A model generated the notes under the pieces. That model ran no database searches and was not told the origin of the DNA. It worked only from the letters and a program-made list of their open reading frames with translations. From the NCBI GenBank assembly GCA_045803545.1, contig JBJMOW010000004.1, positions 320,001 to 384,000 of the forward strand: 64,000 nt of DNA. Reading direction: 5' to 3'. Source of the stretch: Gemmatimonadaceae bacterium (GTDB taxonomy: Bacteria > Gemmatimonadota > Gemmatimonadetes > Gemmatimonadales > Gemmatimonadaceae). The position numbers and the translations under genes were made by a program. Shown piece after piece: positions 38,792 to 48,074 of this stretch (position 1 is the first letter of the stretch; every line of letters starts with the position of its first letter).

Positions 38792-39177
38792 GGCAGCTGG
38801 TCTGTAAGCCGGGTTCTGTCGGAGTACTCGCGTACTCCGGACGATCATTTCTCTACGAGCATGGTCACCCATGCTCTCTAGCAGCCTACCCGCGGCGTCT
38901 TGATCGAGATGGACGTCTCTCGCCGCATATTTGGCCTTGCTCCGACTGGGGTTTGCCGTGCCGTCGACGTCACCGTCGACGCGGTGAGCTCTTACCTCAC
39001 CGTTTCACCCTTACCGCTCTTGCGAGCGGCGGTCTGTTCTCTGTGGCACTTTCCGTCGCGAACCACTCTCGTAGTTCGCGCCCAGGTGTTACCTGGCAGT
39101 CAGCCCATGGGAGCCCGGACTTTCCTCGGATTTAGTACGGGTAAGGTACTAAATACGCGATCGTCCGACCATCTGCC
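38792..39177 (-). ncRNA. rnpB: RNase P RNA (bacterial type A)
   Basis: Minus strand GAGGAAAGTCCGGGCTCC, GGAAAGTGCCACAGA, GGTAAGGGTGAAACGGTGAGGTAAGAGC and ACAGAACCCGGCTTAC; complementary ends. Confidence 0.96.
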
Positions 39178-39309
39178 TGATCAGAATATAACGACTGACT
39201 ATCGTTTCAGTCTCGTATTCTTGCCGAGATGCCGGTGACGAGCATCTGACGTGTCGTCCTTAATCTATTGCCGTTTTCAGATCACCCACCCCCAAACGGC
39301 GAGGAAGAC

Positions 39310-40218
39310 ATGACCTCACAATCGAAGACCGGGAGTTCGAGAACTCCCGTTTCGACGATCCTGACGCCACTCGAGCGGTCCCACGTTGATGCGGCTGCAC
39401 AAGGCTTGTGTGAGCCTTTGCACCGGGAATCACTTGATGAAGTGCTCTCAGATCTCCGTGAGCAAAAAGTCGATCTCGTGCTGATTTCAGTTGCGCGATA
39501 CGGAAGCCAAAGCTCCGGACGTGTTGCGGCAATGGTTCGCGAGTTTCCTCGGGTCCCGGCTGTCGCGCTTCTCACCGAAACCCAGAATTCGACTCCGCAC
39601 GCGACCCTGGCTTTGGGTCAAATGGGGATCCGTACTCTCGTCGATGCCAGAATTCCAGCCGGGTGGCAAATGCTGCGTAACCTTCTGGCCACCAAGGGAT
39701 CCAATGATCTTCAGCGATCTGCATTGGCACAGATCGGTCAGGATATTCCGGGCGTCTCGAAAGATTGTTGGAGATTCTTTGAGCTGTTGTTCGATACGTC
39801 ACCGCGAATCTCCACAGTGCGACAGCTCGCGCGTCATCTCAACATTCTTCCCAGTACTCTGATGAGCCGGTTCTTTCGCGCGAAGCTTCCAGCACCGAAA
39901 CGATATCTGTCGCTCGCGCGACTGATTCGGGCGGCACGACTGTTCGAGAATCCGGGCTTGTCAGTGGCCCGTGTCGCAAACCATCTCGACTACTCTTCAC
40001 CCCAGAGCTTCGGTCGGCATGTTCGAACGGTGATGAGAATGTCGCCTGTGAAATTCAGAGCGACCTACGATGGTCAGGGCATGCTGCAGCTCTTTCGCCG
40101 GGAATTGATCCTCCCGTATATCGATGTGCTTTCGAACTTCAGGCCGTCGGCCGCTTATCCGGGCTGGATGCCGAAAGCGATTCCCGCTGACCGGCACGCG
40201 TCTCGAGAACTGTCATGA
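39310..40218 (+). CDS. AraC-family HTH regulator with degenerate receiver-like N-terminus
   Basis: TVRQLARHL...STLMSRF, SVARVANHLDYSSPQSFGRH; GAGGA RBS before ATG 39310. Confidence 0.85.
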   Translation: MTSQSKTGSSRTPVSTILTPLERSHVDAAAQGLCEPLHRESLDEVLSDLREQKVDLVLISVARYGSQSSGRVAAMVREFPRVPAVALLTETQNSTPHATLALGQMGIRTLVDARIPAGWQMLRNLLATKGSNDLQRSALAQIGQDIPGVSKDCWRFFELLFDTSPRISTVRQLARHLNILPSTLMSRFFRAKLPAPKRYLSLARLIRAARLFENPGLSVARVANHLDYSSPQSFGRHVRTVMRMSPVKFRATYDGQGMLQLFRRELILPYIDVLSNFRPSAAYPGWMPKAIPADRHASRELS

Positions 40219-40753
40219 TGTTGCTGGCGGTCGCGAGAGCAATCACAGACACCCCCGCTGATTCCAGCTTCTCGCGACCGCCTTCCTCACGGTCTACGAC
40301 TGCCAGCACACCGCTGACTATTCCGCCATTAGAGCGGACGGCTTCAATGGCACGTAGTGCGGAACCGCCGGTAGTTATGACATCCTCGATTACTACAACG
40401 CGATCGCCGGCGCGGAATGGGCCTTCTATGAGCTTACCAGTACCGTGCGTCTTGGCTTCCTTCCTTACCGTGAATGCACGGACCGGCTGTGCGGTATTAG
40501 CGCTTGCGTGACTGATCGCGTACGAAATCGGGTCAGCTCCAAGTGTTAATCCGCCCACTGCATCGACTTGCCATCCGGATTCCCGCAGGATTGCTAACCC
40601 AAGTCTACCGATTACCGAGAGCCCTTCGGGACTCATGGTCGTGAGTCTTGCGTCGATGTAGAACTGAGATTCTCTCCCTGAAGCGAGGATAAATTGCCCC
40701 CTCTTGCTGGATCGCTCGGCTAGCAGTGAAGTCAACAACTCCTGATCGGTCAT
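40139..40753 (-). CDS. pyrE: Orotate phosphoribosyltransferase
   Basis: FILASGRESQFYID, VRKEAKTHG, VIEDVITTGGS, DREEGG. Confidence 0.96.
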   Translation of the reverse strand: MTDQELLTSLLAERSSKRGQFILASGRESQFYIDARLTTMSPEGLSVIGRLGLAILRESGWQVDAVGGLTLGADPISYAISHASANTAQPVRAFTVRKEAKTHGTGKLIEGPFRAGDRVVVIEDVITTGGSALRAIEAVRSNGGIVSGVLAVVDREEGGREKLESAGVSVIALATASNIMTVLETRAGQRESLSASSPDKRPTA

Positions 40754-40789
40754 GGTGCGTGAGGTTACGGATTCTTATGATTCGAGTCA

Positions 40790-41755
40790 ATGCATGCGTT
40801 TTCGCAGTTCGAGATTGATCGCTGGACAGGTTTGGTCGGTTGGATCATTTCGCTGGCGACAGTACTTGGGCTGGCACTTGTTCTCCGCCACGAACGCCGT
40901 CAGGCCCGCAGTCTTGTAGAGCGCTCCAAGGAGCTGGAGCGCCTCTCGTCCGAGCTCCTTCGTGTGAACCGGATGAAAAGCGAATTCCTCGCGAACGTGT
41001 CACACGAGCTGCGTACACCGCTCAATGCCATCGTTGGTTTTGTCGACCTGCTTCGTGAAGGCGTTTATGGTGATTTGGCGCCACGGCAGGTAAAACCTGT
41101 TGAGCGCATTGAGGCGTCCGCCAATCATCTCCGCCACCTTGTTGACCAAGTGCTCGATCTTGCCAAGATGGCTGCTGGTCGCCTGGAGATTCACACCGAG
41201 ACTATTGACCTACGTCCCTTCGTGCTAGACGTCGCCAGTGAGATCGAATCTCTGGTAAGCGAGAAGGGCTTGTCCTTGTCGCTCGTAATGGGAGCTGCAT
41301 TGCCTCGTATCCGCACCGATCCCACTCATCTGCGGCAGATCCTCATGAACCTGCTTGGCAACGCGGTTAAGTACACAAACGAAGGTGGAATTGTCATTCG
41401 TACCAGGCTTGTCGACTCTCTCCCCGATAGCGGGCAGTTAGGCAGTAGTCAAACTACAGCCCTCAGCGAGCGCACGCCTTATCCGGCTACTCACTGGATT
41501 GGCATTCAGGTCATTGACACCGGAATCGGCATCGATCCGGCTGATCAAACACGAATTTTTGAGGAGTTTGAGCAGGTCGATGCAGGACCGCGTGGCAACT
41601 CAGCCGAGCGCGGAACAGGGCTTGGCTTGCCTATTTCACGGCGCCTTGCGGCTCTCATCGGCGGGATCGTCGAGCTAGAGAGTGAGCTCGGCAAAGGGTC
41701 TATGTTTACGCTTTGGCTTCCCGTGGATTCTGACGAGTCAGCGGCGGCGAAGTAG
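40790..41755 (+). CDS. Sensor histidine kinase (single TM, HisKA plus HATPase)
   Basis: SHELRTPLNAI, NLLGNAVKYT, DTGIGI, FEEF, GTGLGL. Confidence 0.93.
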   Translation: MHAFSQFEIDRWTGLVGWIISLATVLGLALVLRHERRQARSLVERSKELERLSSELLRVNRMKSEFLANVSHELRTPLNAIVGFVDLLREGVYGDLAPRQVKPVERIEASANHLRHLVDQVLDLAKMAAGRLEIHTETIDLRPFVLDVASEIESLVSEKGLSLSLVMGAALPRIRTDPTHLRQILMNLLGNAVKYTNEGGIVIRTRLVDSLPDSGQLGSSQTTALSERTPYPATHWIGIQVIDTGIGIDPADQTRIFEEFEQVDAGPRGNSAERGTGLGLPISRRLAALIGGIVELESELGKGSMFTLWLPVDSDESAAAK

Positions 41756-42640
41756 ACCTTTGAACTTGTTCAGCATATTGGGCTGCTCAGGTGGAATCCG
41801 CGCTGCCTCGGAAAAGGCGTTGGCGAATGCAACAACTGTCGGGTATCGATCAGCTGGTGATCTGGACAGCGCACGCGTAAGCACCGCATCCAACTCTGAC
41901 GAGAAGCTGAGCCCTTCCGTGGCGTTCTTTAAAGCAATTGGCGGCATCGTGAGAAGCTGAGTGAACATCTCGCGTGGAGCTTTCGCTGTATAGGGAAGGG
42001 CGCGGGTTAGCAGGAAATACGCAATCGTTGCCAGGCTGTATTGGTCGGCAGCAGCGGTAACGATCTCCCCCGACAGGGCCTCTGGCGCAATGTACATCAG
42101 AGTTCCGACGAAGAATCCAGCGCGTGTCAGGCGCTCATCGCTCGACGCGAGGGTATCAGCGGCGATTCCGAAGTCCAGCAGCTTAACAAGTCGAGTACGC
42201 GGATCGTACATCACGTTCTCGGGCTTGAGATCACGATGGACGATGTTCGCATCGTGCGCAGCCTGGACCGCGGCAGCAATTTGCGAGATGATGTTCGCTA
42301 CTTCTTCCGGAGGTATTGGCGCGTGCTGCTTCGCATACCGTTCCAGCAGCTCGCCTTCTGCCCACTCGATCGCGAGGAAATGGAGGCCGTTGTCGGCCTG
42401 TCCGATCTCAATTGTTTCTACGACGTTGGGATGCGTCACTCGCGAGCCATACTTGGCCTCGCGAACGAAACGCGCGACGGCCGTCTTGTCCTGGCGCAAC
42501 TTTTCCCGTAGCACTTTGAGGGCGACAGTGCCATGATTGGGATGGTCTGCCAGGTACACGGCCGACGTGCCGCCCTCGCCAACTTCTCTCTTGATTGTGT
42601 AGCCGGCGACTCGGGTACCGACCATCTGCTCTCGAGACAC
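41738..42640 (-). CDS. Hanks-type Ser/Thr protein kinase (catalytic domain only)
   Basis: GEGGTSAVY, ALK, HRDLKPEN, DFG, APE, DQYSL; start GTG 42640 or ATG 42625. Confidence 0.93.
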   Translation of the reverse strand: MSREQMVGTRVAGYTIKREVGEGGTSAVYLADHPNHGTVALKVLREKLRQDKTAVARFVREAKYGSRVTHPNVVETIEIGQADNGLHFLAIEWAEGELLERYAKQHAPIPPEEVANIISQIAAAVQAAHDANIVHRDLKPENVMYDPRTRLVKLLDFGIAADTLASSDERLTRAGFFVGTLMYIAPEALSGEIVTAAADQYSLATIAYFLLTRALPYTAKAPREMFTQLLTMPPIALKNATEGLSFSSELDAVLTRALSRSPADRYPTVVAFANAFSEAARIPPEQPNMLNKFKGLLRRR

Positions 42641-42690
42641 GTCGCGAAGGTAATAGAAACAGAGATGGTCGGATAGGGTATTAGCCGGAC

Positions 42691-44079
42691 ATGCTGAACA
42701 ACAAATTGCGAAACTTTCACTTTCTCCTGCTCGCTGCCGCATCGGTAACAATCGGATGCAGCAGTGCGACTACTAACGCGAATCCGGAGGAGGCAACACC
42801 GGTCCTCACGCTCGGATCCAATACGCCGGACGCCAGTGCGCTCTACAAGCAGATCGGTCTCATTGCAGCGCCCGCTCCGGTTCCGTTTGTCGGTAAAGTC
42901 TCGGCGTTTGCAAGCGGGTCTCCTGACACAACGTTAGTTCTCGTAAGTCTGTCGCTACCCAACAAGGCGTTGACCTTCACACGGGAGGGCGACCGGTATC
43001 GCGCACCGTATGAAGTAAAACTGACGCTCAATCGGGGTAGCGTCCAAGCAGCTAACGTGGACGCCATGGAAATAGTAAGGGTCGGTGCATTCAGGGAAAT
43101 CAACCGCGCGGATGAGAGCATCATTTTTCAGCATTACTTCCGAGTTGTGCCCGGCACCTACGCACTTTCGGCAGAGGTACGTGATGTCGGTGGATCTCGA
43201 GGTGCGAGTCAGGACGCGGCGATCAGTGTACCGGCGCTGACACCCGGACATCTGTCGACGCCCACCTTGGTCTACGAAGCAACAGGTCGGAGTGTGCTCG
43301 ACTCCGTTCCCGCATTACTCGCGAGTCCCAGGTCCAGCGCAGTCTTTGGACGCGATAGCACCGTTGCCGTTTATGTCGAAGGGTACGGACAGGGTGCCCG
43401 ACTTCCAGTCCAGTACGTGGTTCGCAACGACAAGGGCGCAGAGCTGTGGCGGGATTCGATACAGCTTGCGCGCAGGGGCAATCTGTTCAGCGGCGTCGTC
43501 AATGTTCCAATTTCGACCGTCGGTGTCGGTGTCGCTCAGGTGTATTTCACTCACCGCGATACGCCACAGGACACGGCGAGTGCACCGCTCTTCGTGAGCT
43601 TCGGTGAGGACATTCCGCTGATGTCGTATGAGGACATGCTAGGCTATCTGCGGTTCTTCGCGAGCCCGTCTCGACTGAGCACGCTCAAGAATGCCGCGGC
43701 AGAACGACGCGCAACCGAATGGGCGAGTTTCCTCCGGGCGACTGACCCGGTCCCGGAAACCCCTACAAATGAGGATCTGCAGTCCTACTTTGGTCGCATT
43801 CAGATCGCCAATGGCCAGTTCCGTATCGACCACATTCCAGGCTGGTTGTCGGATCGTGGAATGGTCTACGTCGCACTTGGTGAGCCTGATCAGGTAGTCG
43901 AGCGCAACGTCAACGGAACTCTTACGACCACCCAAATGGGCTCTACGACGCGTCTACAGATCTGGTTGTATCGCCAGTACAACACCCAATTGGTTTTCTA
44001 CGAGGAGACAGGGCGCTGGAGGTTGACGCGACCGAGCGAAACCGAGTTTCTCTCTCTCAACGCGCGCCGCCAGCACTGA
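42691..44079 (+). CDS. GWxTD domain-containing lipoprotein
   Basis: DPVPETPTNE...YFGRIQIANGQF...GWLSDRGMVYVALGEPD...IWLY; lipobox TIGC. Confidence 0.85.
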   Translation: MLNNKLRNFHFLLLAAASVTIGCSSATTNANPEEATPVLTLGSNTPDASALYKQIGLIAAPAPVPFVGKVSAFASGSPDTTLVLVSLSLPNKALTFTREGDRYRAPYEVKLTLNRGSVQAANVDAMEIVRVGAFREINRADESIIFQHYFRVVPGTYALSAEVRDVGGSRGASQDAAISVPALTPGHLSTPTLVYEATGRSVLDSVPALLASPRSSAVFGRDSTVAVYVEGYGQGARLPVQYVVRNDKGAELWRDSIQLARRGNLFSGVVNVPISTVGVGVAQVYFTHRDTPQDTASAPLFVSFGEDIPLMSYEDMLGYLRFFASPSRLSTLKNAAAERRATEWASFLRATDPVPETPTNEDLQSYFGRIQIANGQFRIDHIPGWLSDRGMVYVALGEPDQVVERNVNGTLTTTQMGSTTRLQIWLYRQYNTQLVFYEETGRWRLTRPSETEFLSLNARRQH

Positions 44080-44150
44080 GCGCGGTTTCAGGCCGCGAGG
44101 CTCGAGCAGCAGCCGGTCGCCGCAGCAAGTAAAGCGCGTTTAATATTCAC

Positions 44151-47102
44151 ATGATGGAAGGTCCCGAAAAGCCGCGACTGTTTCTCGTCGACGGTTATGC
44201 GCTGATCTACCGCGCATTTTTTGCCATGATTGCCCGCCCACTCACAACGAGCAAGGGCGAGAATACGTCGGCGAGCTATGGCATCGCGACGTTTCTGCAG
44301 CGGCTCATTACCAAGCATCAGCCGGAGTACCTCGGCTGGGTTCACGATTCCGGCCTCTCGTTCAGACACGAGCGTTACCCGGCGTACAAAGCCACTCGTG
44401 AAAAACTGACGGAGGAGTTGCAGTCCGACTTCGATCGCGGCATGGATCGAATTTGCGAGATACTCGCTGCCTATCGTATTCCAATCATCACACTTCCTGG
44501 CTATGAGGCAGATGACGTCATTGGCACCCTCGTGTCGCAGAGCGCAAATGCGGGAGTAAACGCGGTCGTCGTTTCAGGCGATAAGGATTTTCAGCAGCTT
44601 GTCCGTCCGGGTGTATGGCTTCTCAATCCGGGGCGTGGCGGCAACGCAAACGTCGAAGAGCATTGGGTAAGCACAGACAACGCAGAAGATCGGCTTGGTG
44701 TTCCACCGGAGTTCGTTACCGATTATCTGGCGTTGGTTGGTGATTCTTCGGACAACATCCCCGGCGTGCGCGGGATCGGCGACAAAACCGCATCGGAGCT
44801 GGTGCGACAGTACGGCCATCTCGAATCAATTCTGGAACACGCCACCGAAATCACCAAGAAGCGACCACGCGAGGCACTGCTGGAACACGCGGGAAATGCT
44901 CGGCTATCCAAGGAATTAGTAACAATTCGTGCCGATTTACCAGTAAAACTGGATTTGGATGGCCTCAGCGTGAAGACACCGGATCATCAGCGGCTCCGCG
45001 ATCTCTTCATTGAGCTCGAGTTTCATGTGTTGGCTCGTGAGATAGTCGTTCAGTCACCGGTCGAGGAGAAGCCGAAACAAGATTCCAATTACGTCACGGT
45101 TGATAGTCTGGACCTCATGACCGAAGCTGTTACGCGCGCCAGAGAGGTGGGGGTCATCTCCCTCGACACCGAAGCGATGGCAAATGCGGATAGCCCTCAG
45201 CCCGCGGATCCTTTGCGATCATCCCTGATCTCGATATCGATTGGAGTCGGTGGCGGCGAGGCGTATTACTTCCCGTTTCAGCATCGGCTCCCGCGCAATA
45301 TGCAGGGAGAATTGCTGGTTGACGTTGCGGGCGATCGGTCTGCGACCGATGCGCCGGAAGACCGCGGCCTTATTCGCGGCGGCGACGAAGTCTTTCCGGA
45401 ACAGCCAGCGCGAAAACGGAAGAGCAATGGCGAAGGGGCGCTCAGCATTGCTTCGCGGATCTGGCGGGAAAAACGCTCTTCCACTGTCAAAAACCTGCCG
45501 CCGCTGCAGTCTCCGGAGATGAAGCCTCTGCGGGATTTGCTCGAGGATCCAACGATCCGGAAAACAGCGCACAACGGCAAGTTCGATCTTCTTCTTCTGC
45601 GATCAATGAAGATCGACCTTGCTGGCCTGGACTTCGATACGATGCTGGCCAGCTACGTTCTCGATCCGAGTCGTCGTTCGCACGGTCTCGATGTGCTCGC
45701 CCTCGAGTTCCTGGATCATACGATGACCTCGTACACAGATCTCTGCGGCAAAGGGAAGAATGCACTTGCATTCGATGAGTGCCCGGTCGAAGCGGCCAGA
45801 GATTACTCGTGTGAAGACGCGGATATGACGTTGCGGTTGCGGGAGATCTTCGAGCCGCAGCTAGAATCGCACGAGTTATTGCGGCTCCTGGACGGTGTTG
45901 AGCTGCCTCTGGTAAACGTTCTAGCTGAGATGGAATGGAATGGGATCGCCATCGATCTTCCGTGGTTTGCATCGCTCAAGCAGCGCTTCCAGGCTGATCG
46001 TGAGGCGGTCGAGCGCCAGATCTACGAGACAGCAGGCACTGAATTCAACATCAATTCCAATCTGCAGCTGCGAGAAATCCTGTTCGATCGATTGAACCTG
46101 CCTGTTCTGAAACGGACTAGCACGGGTCCGTCCACCGACGTGAGTGTCCTGACCGAGCTCGCGGAAGAAGGCCATGTGCTGCCGACACTGCTCATGGAGT
46201 ATCGTGAGCTGTCAAAGCTGGAGAGCACATACTTGGACGCTCTCCCACGACTCGTTAACCCCAAGACAGGTCGCCTGCATACATCGTTCAACCAGACGGT
46301 GGCAAGCACGGGCCGGCTGTCATCAAGTGATCCGAACCTGCAGAACATCCCGATTCGGCGAGAGCTGGGACGAGACATTCGCCGAGGCTTCATACCACGC
46401 GAGGGCTGGCATCTTGTCGCCGCAGACTATTCGCAAATAGAATTGCGGCTGCTTGCCCACCTTTCGAAGGACCCCGCCTTTGTCGAAGCCTTTCGCGCCG
46501 GCGGAGATATACATCGACAGACAGCAGCGCTGATCTTCGATGTCCCGCTCGATCAGGTGACGAGCACGATGCGAGCACGGGCCAAGACCATCAACTTCGC
46601 CACTATCTACGGGCAGGGTCCGCACGCACTCTCGCGGCAACTTGGCATTGAGCACGCTGAGGCAAAGGAATTCATTGCGCGATACTTCGAGCGTTTCCAG
46701 GGCGTGCGCAACTACCTTGACGCGATGGTTGCGTTTGCCCGCGAGCATGGCTTCGTCCAGACAATCTTCGGCCGACGTCGCTACATCCCCGAGCTCCGGG
46801 AGCGCAATTTCAACATCCGCGCGTTTGGCGAAAGGACGGCAGCTAACTCTCCGATTCAAGGGTCGGCAGCGGATCTGATCAAGATCGCGATGATCCGCAT
46901 CAATGATGCGCTAAGCTCGCGGGAGTTGCGCAGTAAAATGCTGCTGCAAGTTCACGACGAGCTGGTCTTCGAGGTCAAGCCAGAGGAACTCGATACCGTC
47001 CAGGAAATGGTGAAGCACGAAATGGAGAATGCAGCACAGCTTTCCGTGCCCCTCGTCGTCGATCTTGGGACAGGAAAGAACTGGCTTGAAACGAAGCTCT
47101 GA
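44151..47102 (+). CDS. polA: DNA polymerase I
   Basis: LVDG, EADD, GDSSDNIPGV; Exo DTE/NGKFD/YSCED; ADYSQIELR, AKTINF, QVHDELVFE. Confidence 0.99.
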   Translation: MMEGPEKPRLFLVDGYALIYRAFFAMIARPLTTSKGENTSASYGIATFLQRLITKHQPEYLGWVHDSGLSFRHERYPAYKATREKLTEELQSDFDRGMDRICEILAAYRIPIITLPGYEADDVIGTLVSQSANAGVNAVVVSGDKDFQQLVRPGVWLLNPGRGGNANVEEHWVSTDNAEDRLGVPPEFVTDYLALVGDSSDNIPGVRGIGDKTASELVRQYGHLESILEHATEITKKRPREALLEHAGNARLSKELVTIRADLPVKLDLDGLSVKTPDHQRLRDLFIELEFHVLAREIVVQSPVEEKPKQDSNYVTVDSLDLMTEAVTRAREVGVISLDTEAMANADSPQPADPLRSSLISISIGVGGGEAYYFPFQHRLPRNMQGELLVDVAGDRSATDAPEDRGLIRGGDEVFPEQPARKRKSNGEGALSIASRIWREKRSSTVKNLPPLQSPEMKPLRDLLEDPTIRKTAHNGKFDLLLLRSMKIDLAGLDFDTMLASYVLDPSRRSHGLDVLALEFLDHTMTSYTDLCGKGKNALAFDECPVEAARDYSCEDADMTLRLREIFEPQLESHELLRLLDGVELPLVNVLAEMEWNGIAIDLPWFASLKQRFQADREAVERQIYETAGTEFNINSNLQLREILFDRLNLPVLKRTSTGPSTDVSVLTELAEEGHVLPTLLMEYRELSKLESTYLDALPRLVNPKTGRLHTSFNQTVASTGRLSSSDPNLQNIPIRRELGRDIRRGFIPREGWHLVAADYSQIELRLLAHLSKDPAFVEAFRAGGDIHRQTAALIFDVPLDQVTSTMRARAKTINFATIYGQGPHALSRQLGIEHAEAKEFIARYFERFQGVRNYLDAMVAFAREHGFVQTIFGRRRYIPELRERNFNIRAFGERTAANSPIQGSAADLIKIAMIRINDALSSRELRSKMLLQVHDELVFEVKPEELDTVQEMVKHEMENAAQLSVPLVVDLGTGKNWLETKL

Positions 47103-48074
47103 TTAGTGCTTCAAGTGGGGCTCGAAGGCTGCCCAGTGGGCGCCAACCAGGAGTGCGCCGAGGTAAAGAGAAGCGATCCAGAAGGAATGCGTTAAGGCGT
47201 CAATGACTGTGAAGTGGATCGCGTAGGTAGCCAGCACCAGGCCCACGCCGAGTACGATTGTGAACATCGCTGGCTCGTCAGGATCTGTGCTTATGTTGAG
47301 CGCCCAACGGCGCGCAATTCTTATCGGCAGGCGATGGGTTAACCTGCCCCACCCTGCAGCCACTCGGATTGCAAAAGTCTTCATTGTGGAGTGCTTTTCG
47401 ATTCTGACCTTAGGTTGGGGCGGCAAAACTGCCTCCTCGGCGACTCTCTTCAGCCTCTTGGTCAGTTCGGCCGTTAACGCGGTGTGATCGCTGGCTCTCG
47501 GCCAGGTATCCATTGCGATGGGATCACCGACACGTACTCCGACGATGCTTCCGGGCGTGGCCTTGTTCTCGAATAGGAGCCCAATCGGGACGATGTGCAC
47601 TGCCCCGACATGACCACTGTCTCTTGCCTGCAACGCAATTCGCGCCAAACCTGATTTAAGCGGAGCGAGTTGTCTGTGACTGTGGCTGGTACCCTCGGGG
47701 AAAATCAATACGGCACCATTGCGGCTGAGGACCTGCAGCATTTCCTGAAATGCCCCAGAGTTGCGTGCGGGGTCTGTAGGCAGCCCGTCTCTTGCCTGGG
47801 TTTCGTCGCTCGCACGGCGCAGCGGAACGACGCCGAGAAACCTGAAAAGAGCTGCGATAAAAGGATTTCCCAGCAGTGTTGCCTTGGCTGTCATCACAAC
47901 TCGGCGAGGCATTAGCCAGCCGACTACCAAAGAATCCACAAGCGCGTTTGGATGATTCACCGCGATCAACAGCGGCACGTCACGTGGGATCTTCTCTCGA
48001 CCAACAACGCGAATGTCACCGTAGAACCAGTGAAGAGCGACGCCGGCGATCCATCGCAGCGCGGCGTAAATCAT
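47103..48074 (-). CDS. Lysophospholipid/glycerol acyltransferase family protein
   Basis: NHPNALVD (HX4D), FPEGTS, KSGLARI. Confidence 0.9.
   Translation of the reverse strand: MIYAALRWIAGVALHWFYGDIRVVGREKIPRDVPLLIAVNHPNALVDSLVVGWLMPRRVVMTAKATLLGNPFIAALFRFLGVVPLRRASDETQARDGLPTDPARNSGAFQEMLQVLSRNGAVLIFPEGTSHSHRQLAPLKSGLARIALQARDSGHVGAVHIVPIGLLFENKATPGSIVGVRVGDPIAMDTWPRASDHTALTAELTKRLKRVAEEAVLPPQPKVRIEKHSTMKTFAIRVAAGWGRLTHRLPIRIARRWALNISTDPDEPAMFTIVLGVGLVLATYAIHFTVIDALTHSFWIASLYLGALLVGAHWAAFEPHLKH

Noticed and set aside
38900..39238. ORFs over the rnpB region
   Set aside because: Region is explained by RNase P RNA on the minus strand.
45285..45495. PolA insertion as an intein
   Set aside because: Too short, with no Cys/Ser start or His-Asn end.
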